Positions 24,555-37,129 of a stretch of 64,000 nt of DNA are shown here, piece by piece. How positions within the stretch are numbered: position 1 is the first letter of the stretch; every line of letters starts with the position of its first letter. The position numbers were made by a program, and so were the translations under genes. The stretch comes from Mustelus asterias (Eukaryota), in the NCBI RefSeq assembly GCF_964213995.1, contig NC_135812.1, forward strand, positions 77,190,001 to 77,254,000, read 5' to 3'. Under the pieces are notes generated by a model, which saw nothing but the letters and a program-made list of their open reading frames with translations, was not told the origin of the DNA and searched no databases.

Positions 24555-25735
24555 AGTAGTACATATGGACTTCCGAAAGGTGTTTGATAAGGTGCCGTAC
24601 CAAAGGTTAATTCACAAGGTTAGATCACATGGGATTGGGGTAATTGATTAGCTTGGATAGGTGACTGACTGATGGACAGAGAGTCGGGATAAATGTTTTT
24701 TTTCTGGATGGCAAAATGTAACTAGTGGGGTGTCACAAGGTTCGGTCCTTGGGCCCCAGCTATTTACAATCTATATTAATGGCTTGGATACAGAGATAGA
24801 AGGCTCTATAGCCAAATTTGCAGATGACACAAAAATAGGCAGGACAGTAAGTTGCAATGATGAAATAAGAAACTTACAATGGATATGGTTAGGAGAGTGG
24901 GTCAAAATGTGGCAGATGGAGTTTAATGTGGATAAGTGTGAGGTCATGCATTTTGGTCGGAAAAGTGGGACGGCAACTTATTATCTAAATGGGAAGAGAC
25001 TTTGGGGTTCTCCGGTGCAGAGGGATCTGGGTGTCCTCGTTCATGAGTCACAGAAAATTAGCATGCAGGTACAGCAGATAATAAAGAAAGCAAATGGAAT
25101 GTTGGCATTTATAGTTAAAGGAATAGAATATAAAAGTAAGGAAGTCTTGTTGCAGCTGTACAAGGCATTGGTGAGGCTGCACCTGGAGTATTGTGCACAG
25201 TTTTGGTCTCCTTATTTGAGGAAAGATGTGGTGGCATTGGAAGCAGTTCAGAGGAGGTTCACTAGATTGATTCCAGAGATGAGGGGTTTGGCCTAAGAAG
25301 AGAGATTGAACAGTTTAGGCTTATACTCTCTGGAATTTAGAAGAATGAGGGAAGATCAAGTTGAGGTATACAAATGATAAAAGGTAGACGTGGATAAAGT
25401 AGACGTGGAGCAGATGCTTCCTCTTGTGGGGCATTCTAGGACGAGAGGTCATAGTCTTAGGATAAGGGGTAGCAAATTTAAAACAGAGTTGAGGAGAAAC
25501 TATTTCTCCCAAAGGGTTGTGAATCTGTGGAATTCGCTGCCTCAAAGTGCGGTGGATGCTGGGACAGTGAGTAAATTTAAGGAGGAGTTAGACAAATGTT
25601 TAGTTGGTAATGGGTTGAAGGGTTATGGGGAGAAGGCAGGAAAATGAGGATGAGGAGCATATCAGCCATGATCAAATGGCGGAGCGGACTCGATGGGCCT
25701 AATGGTCTAATACTAATGCTCCTATATCTTATGAT
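24555..25735 (+). mobile_element. CR1 LINE 3' fragment (RT to 3' UTR)
   Basis: ORF 24730-25296 SQGSVLGPQLFTIYIN..KFADDTK; C-terminal FSQRVVNLWNSLP. Confidence 0.92.
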
Positions 25736-25966
25736 CTTTAGTTGGGTCAGCAGAGTATTGGTCTCTGTCATTAGTTTTGCAACAATCAATAGCCTACCAG
25801 TCCAGACAAGTTACCTGAAACCTTTGGAATTTTTATCTGGAAATAAAAATCCTTCAGGAGAGGAAAAATAATGTGTTTAAAAGCAATTCCATTGTACATC
25901 ATTTAGTTTGATTTAAAATTATTGTTGTGTAGAGTCTTAGTTATTTGTTTTTCCTTCTTGCCTCAG

Positions 25967-26082
25967 GCTCTAGTACACATGCAACTGTCCGTTGGAACAC
26001 AGCTTCAATTATTGGAGGAGTGGAAGGAGTTTGCAGATTATATCAGCATGTTCACCAAAGCTGTGGCTGAGGCCCCATTCAA
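25967..26082 (+). CDS. EME1: EME1 coding exon 6
   Basis: ctcag|GCT..AA|gtaggt; ALVHMQLSVGTQLQLLEEWKEFADYISMFTKAVAEAPFK; 116 nt. Confidence 0.96.
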
Positions 26083-27199
26083 GTAGGTGCTGAGCTTGAG
26101 CAGAACTTCAACGAGCAACTTTCTTTTAAATGAATTGGTCAGCATTAATCCAATTCCCATTAGGTGTGAGCAGACAGCACAAAACCGTCCCTCACTTAAA
26201 TACTAAGCCCCTCTCCAAACAACTGCAAGGTGGCTGGAGTGCGAAGTAAAAAGTACACAATGGTGAGATTGTGGGCTCCTTCCCGAAGCAGAATGAGGAT
26301 GTGGGGTGAACGGATGTGATTATGATGTCCTTATGGTAGAATAGTTTGCCAGTGTTTATGAAGAATGTGATAGCTAAGGATTTCCTTCATGCTTGGAACA
26401 GTATCCCATAATCAGACTATCTAATGAGCTTTTTATATATTGAATGCCACAAATGATTTATTGGACCATAACTTCCAATCTCCCCAAAGATGTGTTTGGA
26501 AATGCCCTTTGGGGGTTCCCAAATAAGGTTTGCATGGTAATTGGCCAGAAGTGCAAACTTCCCCTGAGCAATTGCTTTGCATAGGAAACCATCAACAATT
26601 GTTTAAATTACAAACTTCTGATGATTCTGACTGGGTGATACCAGTAGTTACCCAGGGACGGTTAGAAGGATTGAAAACACGTCTAAAGTCTGAGTTACTA
26701 TTGTACACACATACACACACACAAAATGGTACTCCTCCCACATAGTTAACCATGGGGAACTTCATAGGTAACTGACTACCAAAGATATTGGTCTCTGGAT
26801 TGTTGGAGATGGAACAAACGTATGTTGGGACTAGTTAGGACTCTGCAAAATCCTAATGTAAGACATATGTGCAATTTACCTTCCGATGGATTTATTCCCT
26901 GCTGCCTAGGACCCTGCATAATTGTCATCAAACCTGAGCTTAGGTTGGATGTTTGGGCCAGATATAAGGGACTTAGCTGAATGTCTATCCCCAACTGCCC
27001 ACCTCCAACCTGACCTGATTATTTCTTCTGACCAGTCAACTATGCCACCCACTCCTATCTCACACCTGCCCAAGGACTGGAACTTATAAAAAATTTACCT
27101 GAATATAGCAGCTACTGTCATAAAAGGAGTGTGTCTTCTCCTTCCCTAGCTCTCGCTGGACTTGCTCTCGAGTGCCTGCGCTGCCCATTTCTGCTTCAG

Positions 27200-27477
27200 T
27201 AAGAAGTCTCACAACACCAGGTTAAAGTCCAACAGGTTTATTTGGTAGCAAATACCATAAGCTTTCGGAGCACTGCTCTCAAACAGTGCACAGACACAGA
27301 AATCAAGTTACAGAATACTAATTAGAATGCGAATCTCTACAGCCAGCCAGGTCTTAAAGGTACAGACAATGTGGGTGGAGGGAGCATTCAACACAGGTTA
27401 AAGAGATGTGTATTGTCTCCAGACAGAACAGCTAGTGAGATTCTGCAAGATCAGGGGGAACGCCGGCATCTCCACAT
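27200..27477 (-). mobile_element. Penelope terminal-repeat fragment (family A) with 14-bp TSD
   Basis: agtctcacaacaccaggttaaagtccaacagg motif; catttctgcttcag at 27186-27199 and 27478-27491; short inverted end piece. Confidence 0.8.
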
Positions 27478-28306
27478 CATTTCTGCTTCAGCCAGGATTG
27501 GGAGATCCCAGAAGAAATGGGTAGCATCATCAATGTGAAAGGCAGAGGCAATGCACCCAGCATTGCTGATTGGCCGGAAGATCATTGACCATTGTCAGTA
27601 TGGTCTTCATTCCTCCTTTGAAACATGTACAGTTGAATAAAGAATTCAGTGCATTGTAAGACCTGCGAGTGGCATAACTGGTACCTAAAAACACTTCCAA
27701 TCCCTGCCCAAACCACACCATCTCTCTGATGTCAATGTAATTCAGTGACCATTTTAAGCTGGTTTGAGTGATTTTCGCACATGACATTTAACTGAATCAT
27801 CCTGCTTTGTAAGAATCCCAATGGTTGTTAGTCAAGATTGCCAAGTGTGATTGCTTTTATAAAGGCTATATTGCTTATTGGTTCTACTCGTGTATTGTGA
27901 CAGCATTTACTTAACTTCCAGATCAGTAAAGTCTTACATTAGAAAAATATTTGTATTTTAAAAGAAATTCAGTGGCTGAGATATTATGAGGCTCTGAAAG
28001 GTGCTATATAAATCCAAACCTTTCTTTTTAAACTGAAGTAGATTTGAGATGACAATACTGGAGAAACAGCAACTGTTTGATTGAGCATTTGGACAGCAAT
28101 AAAAGACTATATGCTGACAACCAACTGTGTATTTCAAGCATTATCTCTGCATGCCATAATCTAAAAATAATTTTGTTGAAAGAACAGTTTGTTTTGCAAA
28201 TTGATAGGGAGAAGAAATGACTCTTTCAGTTGGTATATTCATGCTTGAATTTATAAATAAGTTGGTACCAAAGGGTGTTGATTAAATATTTGCTCTTTAT
28301 TGCCAG

Positions 28307-28496
28307 GAGAGCACGGGAGAACAAAGGACTCTCGGTCTATTTGGAGAGTGACAGGTCCAGAGGGGCAAAGGTAGATCGTTCAGGGAAAGGTCTCCTGAGC
28401 ATTTGGAAGAAACAGATCCAGCAATTAAACAGAGTTAGCTCTGAAATGGCAAATGCCATAGTGTCTGCCTATCAATCACCATGGTTACTTGCTCAG
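28307..28496 (+). CDS. EME1: EME1 coding exon 7
   Basis: ccag|G..CAG|gtac; RARENKGLSVYLESD..KVDRSGKGLLSIWKKQIQQLNRVSSEMANAIVSAYQSP; 190 nt. Confidence 0.96.
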
Positions 28497-29570
28497 GTAC
28501 AAATTACCCCGATTACTCTTTCAGCGAAACAGTATTTTTGTTAAAGTTAATGGTAATTGGTTGGAAGATAGGAGATGGGAAGTGAGAATAAACAGTATGG
28601 ATTCTAGCGAATGTGAAAGGTAGGTGTTCCCCAAAGATCTACTGAGGCAATAATGTAAAAGCAAATGCTGCAGATGCTTGAGATCTGAAATAAAAATAGA
28701 AAGTGCTGAGAAAACTCAGCATGCCTGGCAGCATCTGTGGAGAGAGAGACAGTTAATGTTTCGACAAAGCTGATGAATGCATGGCAGGAGAGAGGGCTTT
28801 AAATTCATGGGACATTGATACGGCTTCAGGGGGAGGTGGGATCTATACAATTAGACAGGTTGCACCTCAAAGCCTGGATCAGTGCCCATTTAGGGCAGTT
28901 GCTAGGGCTGTTGGAGAGAGTTTAACCTAACCTAGTAGGGATGGGAATGAAGAGGTAGCATCAGAAAAGAGAAACAAGGTGCACCAAAGGAGAGACAGAC
29001 AACACTAGAGTAAGAAATAGGTCGTAGATGGGGTCAGAGTAAGAGAAAATGCAATGCAGACTAAATTAAGTTTATAATGCATGAATGTAAACGCACAAAA
29101 CTTGGTAAATAAGAATGGTGGGTTCCAGACATGAACACTTTCAGACTTGTACCCACCAGTGCTATACCCCAGTTTATGCAGTGACAGACCCATACCCACC
29201 AATATGAACCCCAACATCATACAACTTTAAATGTTCACTCCAGATACCAACCAGGTTTGGATGGATTGAATGTATATTTGTGCTGCTGGGTGGTTTTTCA
29301 CAATTCAAGTGTGTGGTGTCAGAAGTCCATATTACTGTTAATTATTCTGTGAAATAGTTTAAGGTGTTACATAAAGGCGATTAAAGGGACCATGTACTGT
29401 ATATACAAGTCAGTGTCCTCTCTTTAGTAATATTTATATATTTTCCTGTAAAATTCAGCTGAGGCAACAATATTACTGAAGTTGATTCTTGTATATGTTG
29501 TTCATAAGTGAATTATTGATATAATAAATATATTAGCTAGACGGTCAGTTGTCTTTTTTTTTCTGATTAG

Positions 29571-29738
29571 GCATATCAAATGTGCAGTTCTGAACGAGAG
29601 AAGGAGAATCTGCTTGCTGACATCTCTGTCCGACGTGGCGAAGGAGCAATCTCAACAACACGAAGGATTGGACCAGAGCTGTCAAAACGGGTCTATTTTC
29701 TGATGACTTCTACAGATGCTGAATTTTTTCTGGAATAA
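29571..29738 (+). CDS. EME1: EME1 last coding exon (HhH region) with stop
   Basis: ttag|GCA; AYQMCSSEREKENLLADISVRRGEGAISTTRRIGPELSKRVYFLMTS..LE*; exon lengths total 1863 nt (620 aa plus stop). Confidence 0.96.
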   Translation, partial: AYQMCSSEREKENLLADISVRRGEGAISTTRRIGPELSKRVYFLMTSTDAEFFLE

Positions 29739-31684
29739 CAGAGTAGCGCCAACTCCTCAGGATCTTTGGCAGAAGCATCTGGAATCGTATAGCTTTTTGA
29801 TTCCTTTCCATAGAGCATCAGTATTTCTCTTTATAATGACTGAGCATTACTAAGTCGGCTAGTGGCAGAACAATTGTCATGAGAAGCGGTTTGTAGCTTT
29901 ACAATAGGAGGACATATAAACCAATTAGCACAGCTTAAGTTACCACCATAGCAGTAGTACTATTAATACACTAATAGTAGCTGATATACAGTTCCACTAT
30001 GGTTAATTTTTGTTGGTGGGTTTGGTTCTCATTCACAAATGTGTATAGGACATTTACCTCCTACTTTCATAATGCAGGTGTGCTGGCTGCTAAGTGAAAA
30101 TGAGACTTGCTCTTTTCTTTCTTCTTTATGTCACTTGTTCTTTGGTTAATGGAGGTGATGCATTTCTTCCTCACCGAAACTGCCAGGCAGTGGGAGAGGC
30201 GTGAGTGACAGTGACCTCCCTCCAGAGACATTGAAAAGATCAGTGGGTCTACACACATTTCTGCACTCTGTCATAGTGCTCAATTGGTGTATCACTTTGA
30301 GACTGTTTGAAAGCTGGCTTGTTTCCCTATGGCCTGCTGGGCAAAGATGCTGCCTTGTGTGGTACTGAATCATACAAACCACAAGGGTCCCTGCTTCAGT
30401 CTGTGTTAGGTGAATTAATCTCAGCCAAGACAACATTTGGCACATTGGAGTCCTTGAGCTGAGGAAACAGTTGCTCAGGGTTCCAGTCCTTGATTGCAGT
30501 CCATTGACTCTTCTGTAGATGTTGGGTGAGGACAGGTTGAGACTTGGCTTTGATGCCTTCACATCTCGGCTGTTGGTTATTCTTTTAATTGTCAGTATCC
30601 AATTATAAAGAATGTTTTTATAGGTGATTTGCTGGGACAATTATAACCTGAACCAGCAAGAATCAGAGTTTTCAAGGAAAGAGGGGAGAAAAAATGGAAA
30701 AAGAAAATCTGTATACATCTTCATCACATTCAGGATAAAAGGATATATATTTTTTAAAGATAATGGTTAAGTGTAAATGTGTTGGTGCTAAAGCTTTTGA
30801 TCATTTTTTGCAATAAATTTCATGATCATTTCATAGAATCTTAGAGTCATATAGATATTACAGCACAGAGGCCATTCAGCCATCAAGGCCATACTACTGT
30901 CTACAGCAGCCAAGTCAGTCACATTCCCCTGTTCTATGCCTGTAGCCCTGCAAGTTTTTTCTCTCAAGTGCACATCCAATTTCCTTTTGATATAATTGAT
31001 TGTCTCACTGCCCATGACGCTGGTGGAAGCAGAGTCCCAGGTCATTGCCACTTGCTGCATTAAAAAAATTCTTCCTTGATTTCCTGTATCTCTTGTCCAA
31101 AATCTCAAATCAGTTCTGGCTCTCACCCTACACATGTGATGTCTCATTATTCAATTGCATCCATATCCCTCCCTCACTTTACACACCACATATTTTCCCA
31201 TTCTTTCTATCAAGTGCAGCATGGATTAGATCCAGTGTTTCTTCAAACATTCCCAAAGTGGATGTCGGTCCCTGATTGCCCTTATGAAAGTGGCGCTGAG
31301 CTGCCTTCTTGAACCATTCTAGGTACACCCCAATGCTGATCGGGAAGGAGACCAAGGATTTTGACCCAGTGACAATTAGTGGAATGGTGATATAATTCTA
31401 AAGCAGCATGCTTTGTCACTCTGGGGGTTTTGTGATTGTGGTTTTCACAATCACCTGCAGCCTTTGTCCTTCTAGGTGATAGAGTTTGCAGGTTTGGAAG
31501 TTCGAGTTGAAAAAACTTTGGCAAATTTGCAGTACATCTTGTATATGGCCCACATGGGTGATGGCAAGGTGGTATTATCACTGGACAGTAATCCCGAGAC
31601 CCAGGATAATACTCTGGGACCCGGGTTCAAATCCCACCACAGCAGGTGGTGAAATTTTAATTCAATAAAAATCTGGAATGAAGA

Positions 31685-32316
31685 TGTCGTAGCTTCTTTG
31701 CTCCAGGAAGTACTGGACAATGAAGGGTACTCTGTCGGTCTGTCCCATGTTTGTCTTCTGAGGAGGTCAGTGCGGTTTTTCACGTCAGAACTGTCGATCG
31801 TTGAGTCGAGCGCCATATCCTGTTCTTTTGAGGGCATCTTTCAGCGTCCGTAGGTGCCTGTTGCGTTCCTTCTCACCTGCACAGATCCTCTGTATATGGA
31901 GGGCTTGTCCGTAGGGGATGGCTTCTTTAACATGTTTAGGGTGGAAGCTGGAGAAGTGGAGCATCGTGAGGTTATTTGTGGGCTTGCGGTACAGTGAAGT
32001 GCTGAGGTGACCGTCCTTGATGGAGATGTATGTGTCTAAGAATGCAACCGATTCTGGAGTAGTCCATGGTGAATCTGATGGTCGGATGGAACTTGTTGAT
32101 GTCATCATATAATTGTTTCAGTGATTCTTTGCTGTAATTGTCTTGCAATTGAGTCTGTGTCTATATATGCCCTGTTTGTGAACCCAACTCTCCACTCACT
32201 TAATGAAGGAGCAGCGCTCCGAAAGCTCGTGATACCAAATAAACCTGCTGAACTTTAACCTGGTGTTGTGAGACTTCTTACTGTGCCCACCCCAGTCCAA
32301 CGCCAGCATCTCCACA
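31685..32316 (-). mobile_element. Penelope element: RT fragment (-) joined to an oppositely oriented terminal repeat (32135-32316)
   Basis: FLDTYISIKDGHLSTSLYRKPT..LHFSSFHPKHVKEAIPYGQALHIQRIC..LKDALKRTGY is the PLE RT C-terminus; the adjacent repeat is family A. Confidence 0.9.
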
Positions 32317-33860
32317 TTAAAGTTGATAAGGCACAGGGACCAGCTAAGATGCATCCAAGGATATTGAAAGAAGTGAGAATAGAAATTGCTGGGGCACTGG
32401 CCATAGTCTTCCAGTCTTCTCTAGACTCGGAGGTGCCAGAGGACTGGAGAATTGCAAATGTTATGCCCTTGGTCAAAAAAGATTGTAAGGATAACCCCAG
32501 CAATTACAGTCCAGTCAGTTTAACATCAGCGATGGATAAGCTTACAGAAACAATTATTTGGGATAGAATTAATGGACACATTGAAAAATGTGGGTTGATT
32601 TGGAAGAGCCAGCATAGATTTCTAAAGGGGAAATCATGTTTAGCTAAGTTGCTAGAGTTTTTTGAGGAGGTAACAGAAAGGGCCGATGAGGTAATGCTTC
32701 TGATGTGGTGTACAAGGACTTTCAAAAGGCATTTGATATAGTGCCACACAACAGACTTGTGAGAAAAGTTTAGCTCATGGGATGAAAGGAGTAAGAGGTA
32801 CAGTAGCAACATGGATACATAATTGGCTGAACAATAGGAAGCAGAGAGTAATGTTAAATGGATATTGTTTGGGCCGGAGAAAGGTTTATAATGGTGGTCC
32901 CAAAGGGTTGCTATTGGAACCCTTGCTTTTTCTGATACATTAATGATCTAGATCTTGGTGTGCAGGGGAGAATTTCAAAGTCTGCCGATGACAGAAAACT
33001 TGGAACAGTGTAAACTGTGAACAGTGTAGAATATCAGAAGAACAGAGACCTGTCGGTGGAGTGAACAGATAAGTGGCAGATGAATTTCAATGTGGAGAGG
33101 TGTGAGGTGATGCATTTTGGTAGGAAGAACATGGAGACAATCTTAAGTAAGATGTAAAATCCTTAAGGGGGTGCAGGAGCAGGAGGACCTGGGTGTATAT
33201 GTGCTTATATAATTGAACATAGCAGGACAGGTGGAGTGAGCAGTTAATAAAGCATATAGTATTCTGGGTGTTATTGATAGAGGTTATGCTGAACTTATAC
33301 AAGCCACTAGTTACATCTTAACTGGAAAATTGCATACAGTTCTGGGTGCCACACTAATGGAAGGATGTGAATGCATGGGAGAGAGTGCAGAGCAGGTTTA
33401 CAAGAATGGTTCCAGGGATGAGATACTTCAGTTATGAGAATAGATTGGAGAGGTTGGAACTGTTCTCCTTGGGGGGAAGAAGGCTAAGAGGAGATTTGAT
33501 AGAGGTGTTCAAAATCATGTGGGGATGGACAGTGTAGACAGGGAGAAACTGTTCTTGCTTGCAAAAGGATCAAGAAAGAGTAGGCACAGATTTAAAATGA
33601 TTTGCAAAAGAAGCAAATGTGATGTGAGAAAAAACTTTTTCACACGGAGTCGTTCGGGTCCGGACTGCATTTCCTGGAATTGTGGTGGTGGCAGACTTAA
33701 TTGAGGCATTCAAGAGGGCATTAGATATTTATTTTGATGGAAACAATGTGTAGGGTTATAGGGAAAAGGCAGCGGAATGGCAATAAGTTATGATGGTTGG
33801 TGATCCAGTGCAGAATTGATGTGCCAAGTAGACTTCTTCTGCCCTGTAACAGTTCTGTGA
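32317..33860 (+). mobile_element. Decayed CR1 LINE (RT to 3' UTR)
   Basis: KAQGP..HPRILKE..VPEDWRIANV..NYSPVSLTS..KSCLAKLLEFFEEV. Confidence 0.9.
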
Positions 33861-33879
33861 TTTTCTGAGGAGGTATGAC

Positions 33880-36720
33880 TGGTTCCATATCTTTATTCTG
33901 TTGGTAGCAACAAAGGTTTAATCTAACAAGGTCCCCTTTCCCTTGGGTGCCTTTTCCAGACTCAATAGTTGTGTTTAAAAAGAAGCTAATTTAACCAGGC
34001 CTTGTGAGTTAAGACAATGTAAGTTTCTTAACAACTAAAACAATAAAAAGAAATAGTAAAACACATGCATCTATATTCATATGAATTAGAAGTGAGAATT
34101 GAATCCAGTAGTAAGTAAATATAAATGAAAAGTTATGCCAACCAGGAGTAGATGATGTGCTGCAGCTGTTCCGGATTGGTTCCAGTATATTTGACCTCTA
34201 CAGGTGAGTAGTTGACTCTTCGATTCAGTCATTGTGTTGTTTGGTAAAGAGATTTCAGGGTTTTTTCCCAGCTGCAATCCTTCTGCTGGCTGATTTTTAA
34301 AAATTTATTTATCCAATTCAATCAAATCAAGTCCAATTCAGAGTCTCAACAAGTGAGACATTCCCGATCCGAGCTGACAAGACAGGGCTCTCACCTCCTG
34401 TCTTGGGCTTGATCTACATGGTCCAAGCTGATTGGAGTAGGCATTGCACCTCCTCCAAGGCTTGATCTCATTTGCATCTTAGCCAAAAGGCCGAGATGCT
34501 GCTTTTAAAAATTGCTTCAAATAAAGCTAAAAATGTAACCTAATGACTTCAACCAAGTACAGCATGTCGATACTGCACTTGATCTTAGCCAAAAGGCCGA
34601 GATTTTTAAAAAAAATACTTTTCCAATTCAATCAAATCAAATCCAATTCAGAGTCTCAACAAGTTGAGACATTTCAGATCCAGGCTGACAAGACAGGGTG
34701 AGCGACCAAACCACCCTGTCCTGGGCCTGATCTACATGAGCCAAGCTGATTGGAGAAGGGGGAGGTTCCTCCTCCAAGACTTGAGCTCATTTGCATCTTA
34801 GCCAAAAGGCCGAGATGCCGTTTTAAAAAATTGCTTCAAATAAAGCTCCAGTGTAACCTCATTGACTTCTATCAGGCGCAGGACAGCAAAACTACACTTG
34901 ATCTGAGCACAGACACAAACTGACAGACAGACACCAGCAGGCCAGTAACAACAGGTGTTTAACCCCCTCCTATGTACATTTCAAGAGGACCAGAGTACAA
35001 TAGTCTTGTCTAGGCTATTATACCCAGAGTGTTCATGATGGATTGGCAATTATGTTCCTTTGTCTTTACCAGAAATAGTAGTCAGTCTTTGGAAGTACCT
35101 CGTCTGGAAACACAGGGAGAGATTCCGTTTTCAATTAGAGAAACACTCCCGTCAGCGGCTAATTGTTGTGTTAATTTAGAAATATAAAACTCAGGTCTTT
35201 TTAAAGTCCAATGTTTCTGTGTATAACTCCTTGGTTTTTTCCCCCCATCATCATTACACTTCGCTGCAGAATGAAATAAGGCTCATTCTCATTTCATTAC
35301 AAAAAGGGAGAAAAAATATGAATAACAACACTCTCTTACACACGCATTCACTCTCTTAGTAATGTCAGTTGTATCTTTTCTCAGTCCTATTGAGGCAGCT
35401 TTAAGTTCTGGACAGGGCATTCGTGATCATGTTCCATTTCACAGGAATGTGGGTGATTTTTAAGTGGTACAGTTGGAGGAGCAAACTCCAACAAAATGGA
35501 CTAGCATTTTGGGTTTTAAACTTTTCTACAAAAGTTAACAAACTGTGGTTGGTATAGACTGCAGTCTCTCTCTACCCATTTTGGACATTTTTCTCAAAGT
35601 GTTTGAGAGCCAGTAACAACCCAAGGACTTCCTTCTCTATTGTGGAATACCATTTCTGATGCTTGTTAAGTTTTTTAGAGAAGCACCTGATAGGTCTTTC
35701 TATTCTGGGTGTGTCCTCCTGTAGGAGAACAGCTCCCATCCGGATGCCAATGGCTACTTTAAATGTTTGGCTAAAATCAAGGACTGTAAGCACAGGTTCA
35801 CTTATTCAAATGGTCTTCAGCTTTTTGAAAGCAGTCTGGCATTTCTCAGTCCGTACTACCTTTGCTTCTTTCAAGAGTAGATCTGTAGGTGGGGCAGTGA
35901 CTGTGCTAAAACTCGGGACAAACTTGCAGTAGATCCCATATTCCCCAAGAACCTCACAATTTCCTGTTTTGTGGTGGAAATAAGGAACTGGACTAAGACT
36001 TATACCTTGGCAGTCCTGGGGCAGTATCTGTCCTTGACCTACTACGTTTCCTAGATAGATCACTTCAGGCTTAGTGAACTCGCTCTTGGTGAGATTAATC
36101 ACTAGGCATGTTGGCTGTACTGTCTGGAAGAAGCCTCCCAGTAACTCTTCGTGGATTTCCCACACCATGCACTAGGAGATTGTCCAGGTACATCATGCAA
36201 GTGGACGAGCCCGCCACTATCTGGTTCATCGGCCTTTGGAAGGTAGCCGGGGCATCTTGGAGTCCAAAGGGCATAACCCGACACTGATATAACTTTATAT
36301 CTGGAGTCACAAATGTGGAGATTTCCTTCACGTGGGTTGTCAAGGCAACCTGCCAGTATCTCTTGAGTAATTCTACCTTTATGGTATAGGTGGCTCTACC
36401 TGCTCTATCTATGTCTTTCAGCCGGGATATCGGGTAGGAATCAGCCCAGGGCCCTGCATTAGCTTTTCAGTCATCAATGCAGAATTTTGTGAATCTATCC
36501 AGCTCGGGTACAAGCACAACTGGGGAATTCCAGCTACTGTTGCTAGGCTCTGTTAGTTGGTGCTCCAGGATGTAATTAATCTCTTCCCAGACTTGGGCCA
36601 GCTTTGTTGGGCCTACAGGGTAGGGATGTTGCGCTATGGGAGGAGCCTCTCCCACATCATGCATGATTAGGGTGGTGCAGCTGGATCTGTCTCTTAGATG
36701 TGGTGAGCAGCCTGTCAATA
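33880..36720 (-). mobile_element. Decayed Gypsy (Gmr1-like) LTR retrotransposon: RT, RNase H and probable 3' LTR
   Basis: SWNSPVVLVP..FCID, MPFGLQDAPATFQR..YLDN, GAVLLQED..FSKKL..YSTIEKE, then WSLLLQ..NALSRT*; purine run on the minus strand near 35240. LTR extent is uncertain. Confidence 0.8.
34294..34902 (-). mobile_element. Tandem dimer of a ~300-bp U2 snRNA-headed structured unit (candidate U2-derived SINE or ncRNA)
   Basis: Units 34294-34602 and 34603-34902; 34569-34602 matches U2 nt 7-40 at 33/34; a second U2 stem-loop I in each unit; CTGA flanks both ends (possible 4-bp TSD). Confidence 0.75.
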
Positions 36721-37129
36721 AAGCGGCAAAGCTGATGACTAGTCCGGTGCACCACTAAAAACTGATGCCTCACTGAATTATCCTGGTATTTGGACAATAA
36801 ATCCAAATATCACTTAATTGAATATCAAATAGAATATTTTCAAAAACTGCCCAGTTTTCAAAAAACTGGATTTTGGACGTCCAACTTGTAATATACTGAA
36901 TTTAAACAATTTGAGTCTTAGGAATAAATGATGAGATTCACTGTAAACCCATCTAATGGAGCCAACTTAGTAGGAAAGTATATCATAGCATCATTGTACG
37001 TCCAACCTCTCAATTTTCATCCCATTTGTTCCCTCTGCCATCTCCATTTCTTGCAATATTTTGTCAGTATCATCTTACTTAATAAACATTAATATAAAGT
37101 ACTTGTCCTGTTCCTCTAAGCATATATTC

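Noticed and set aside
34569-34602. Functional U2 snRNA gene
   Set aside because: Only nt 7-40 match; stem IIa onward, the Sm site and 3' stem-loops of U2 are absent.
34294-34902. CRISPR-like array, or hammerhead-containing satellite like newt satellite 2
   Set aside because: Eukaryotic context, whole units are homologous rather than repeat plus unique spacer, and I found no canonical CUGANGA..GAAA core on either strand.
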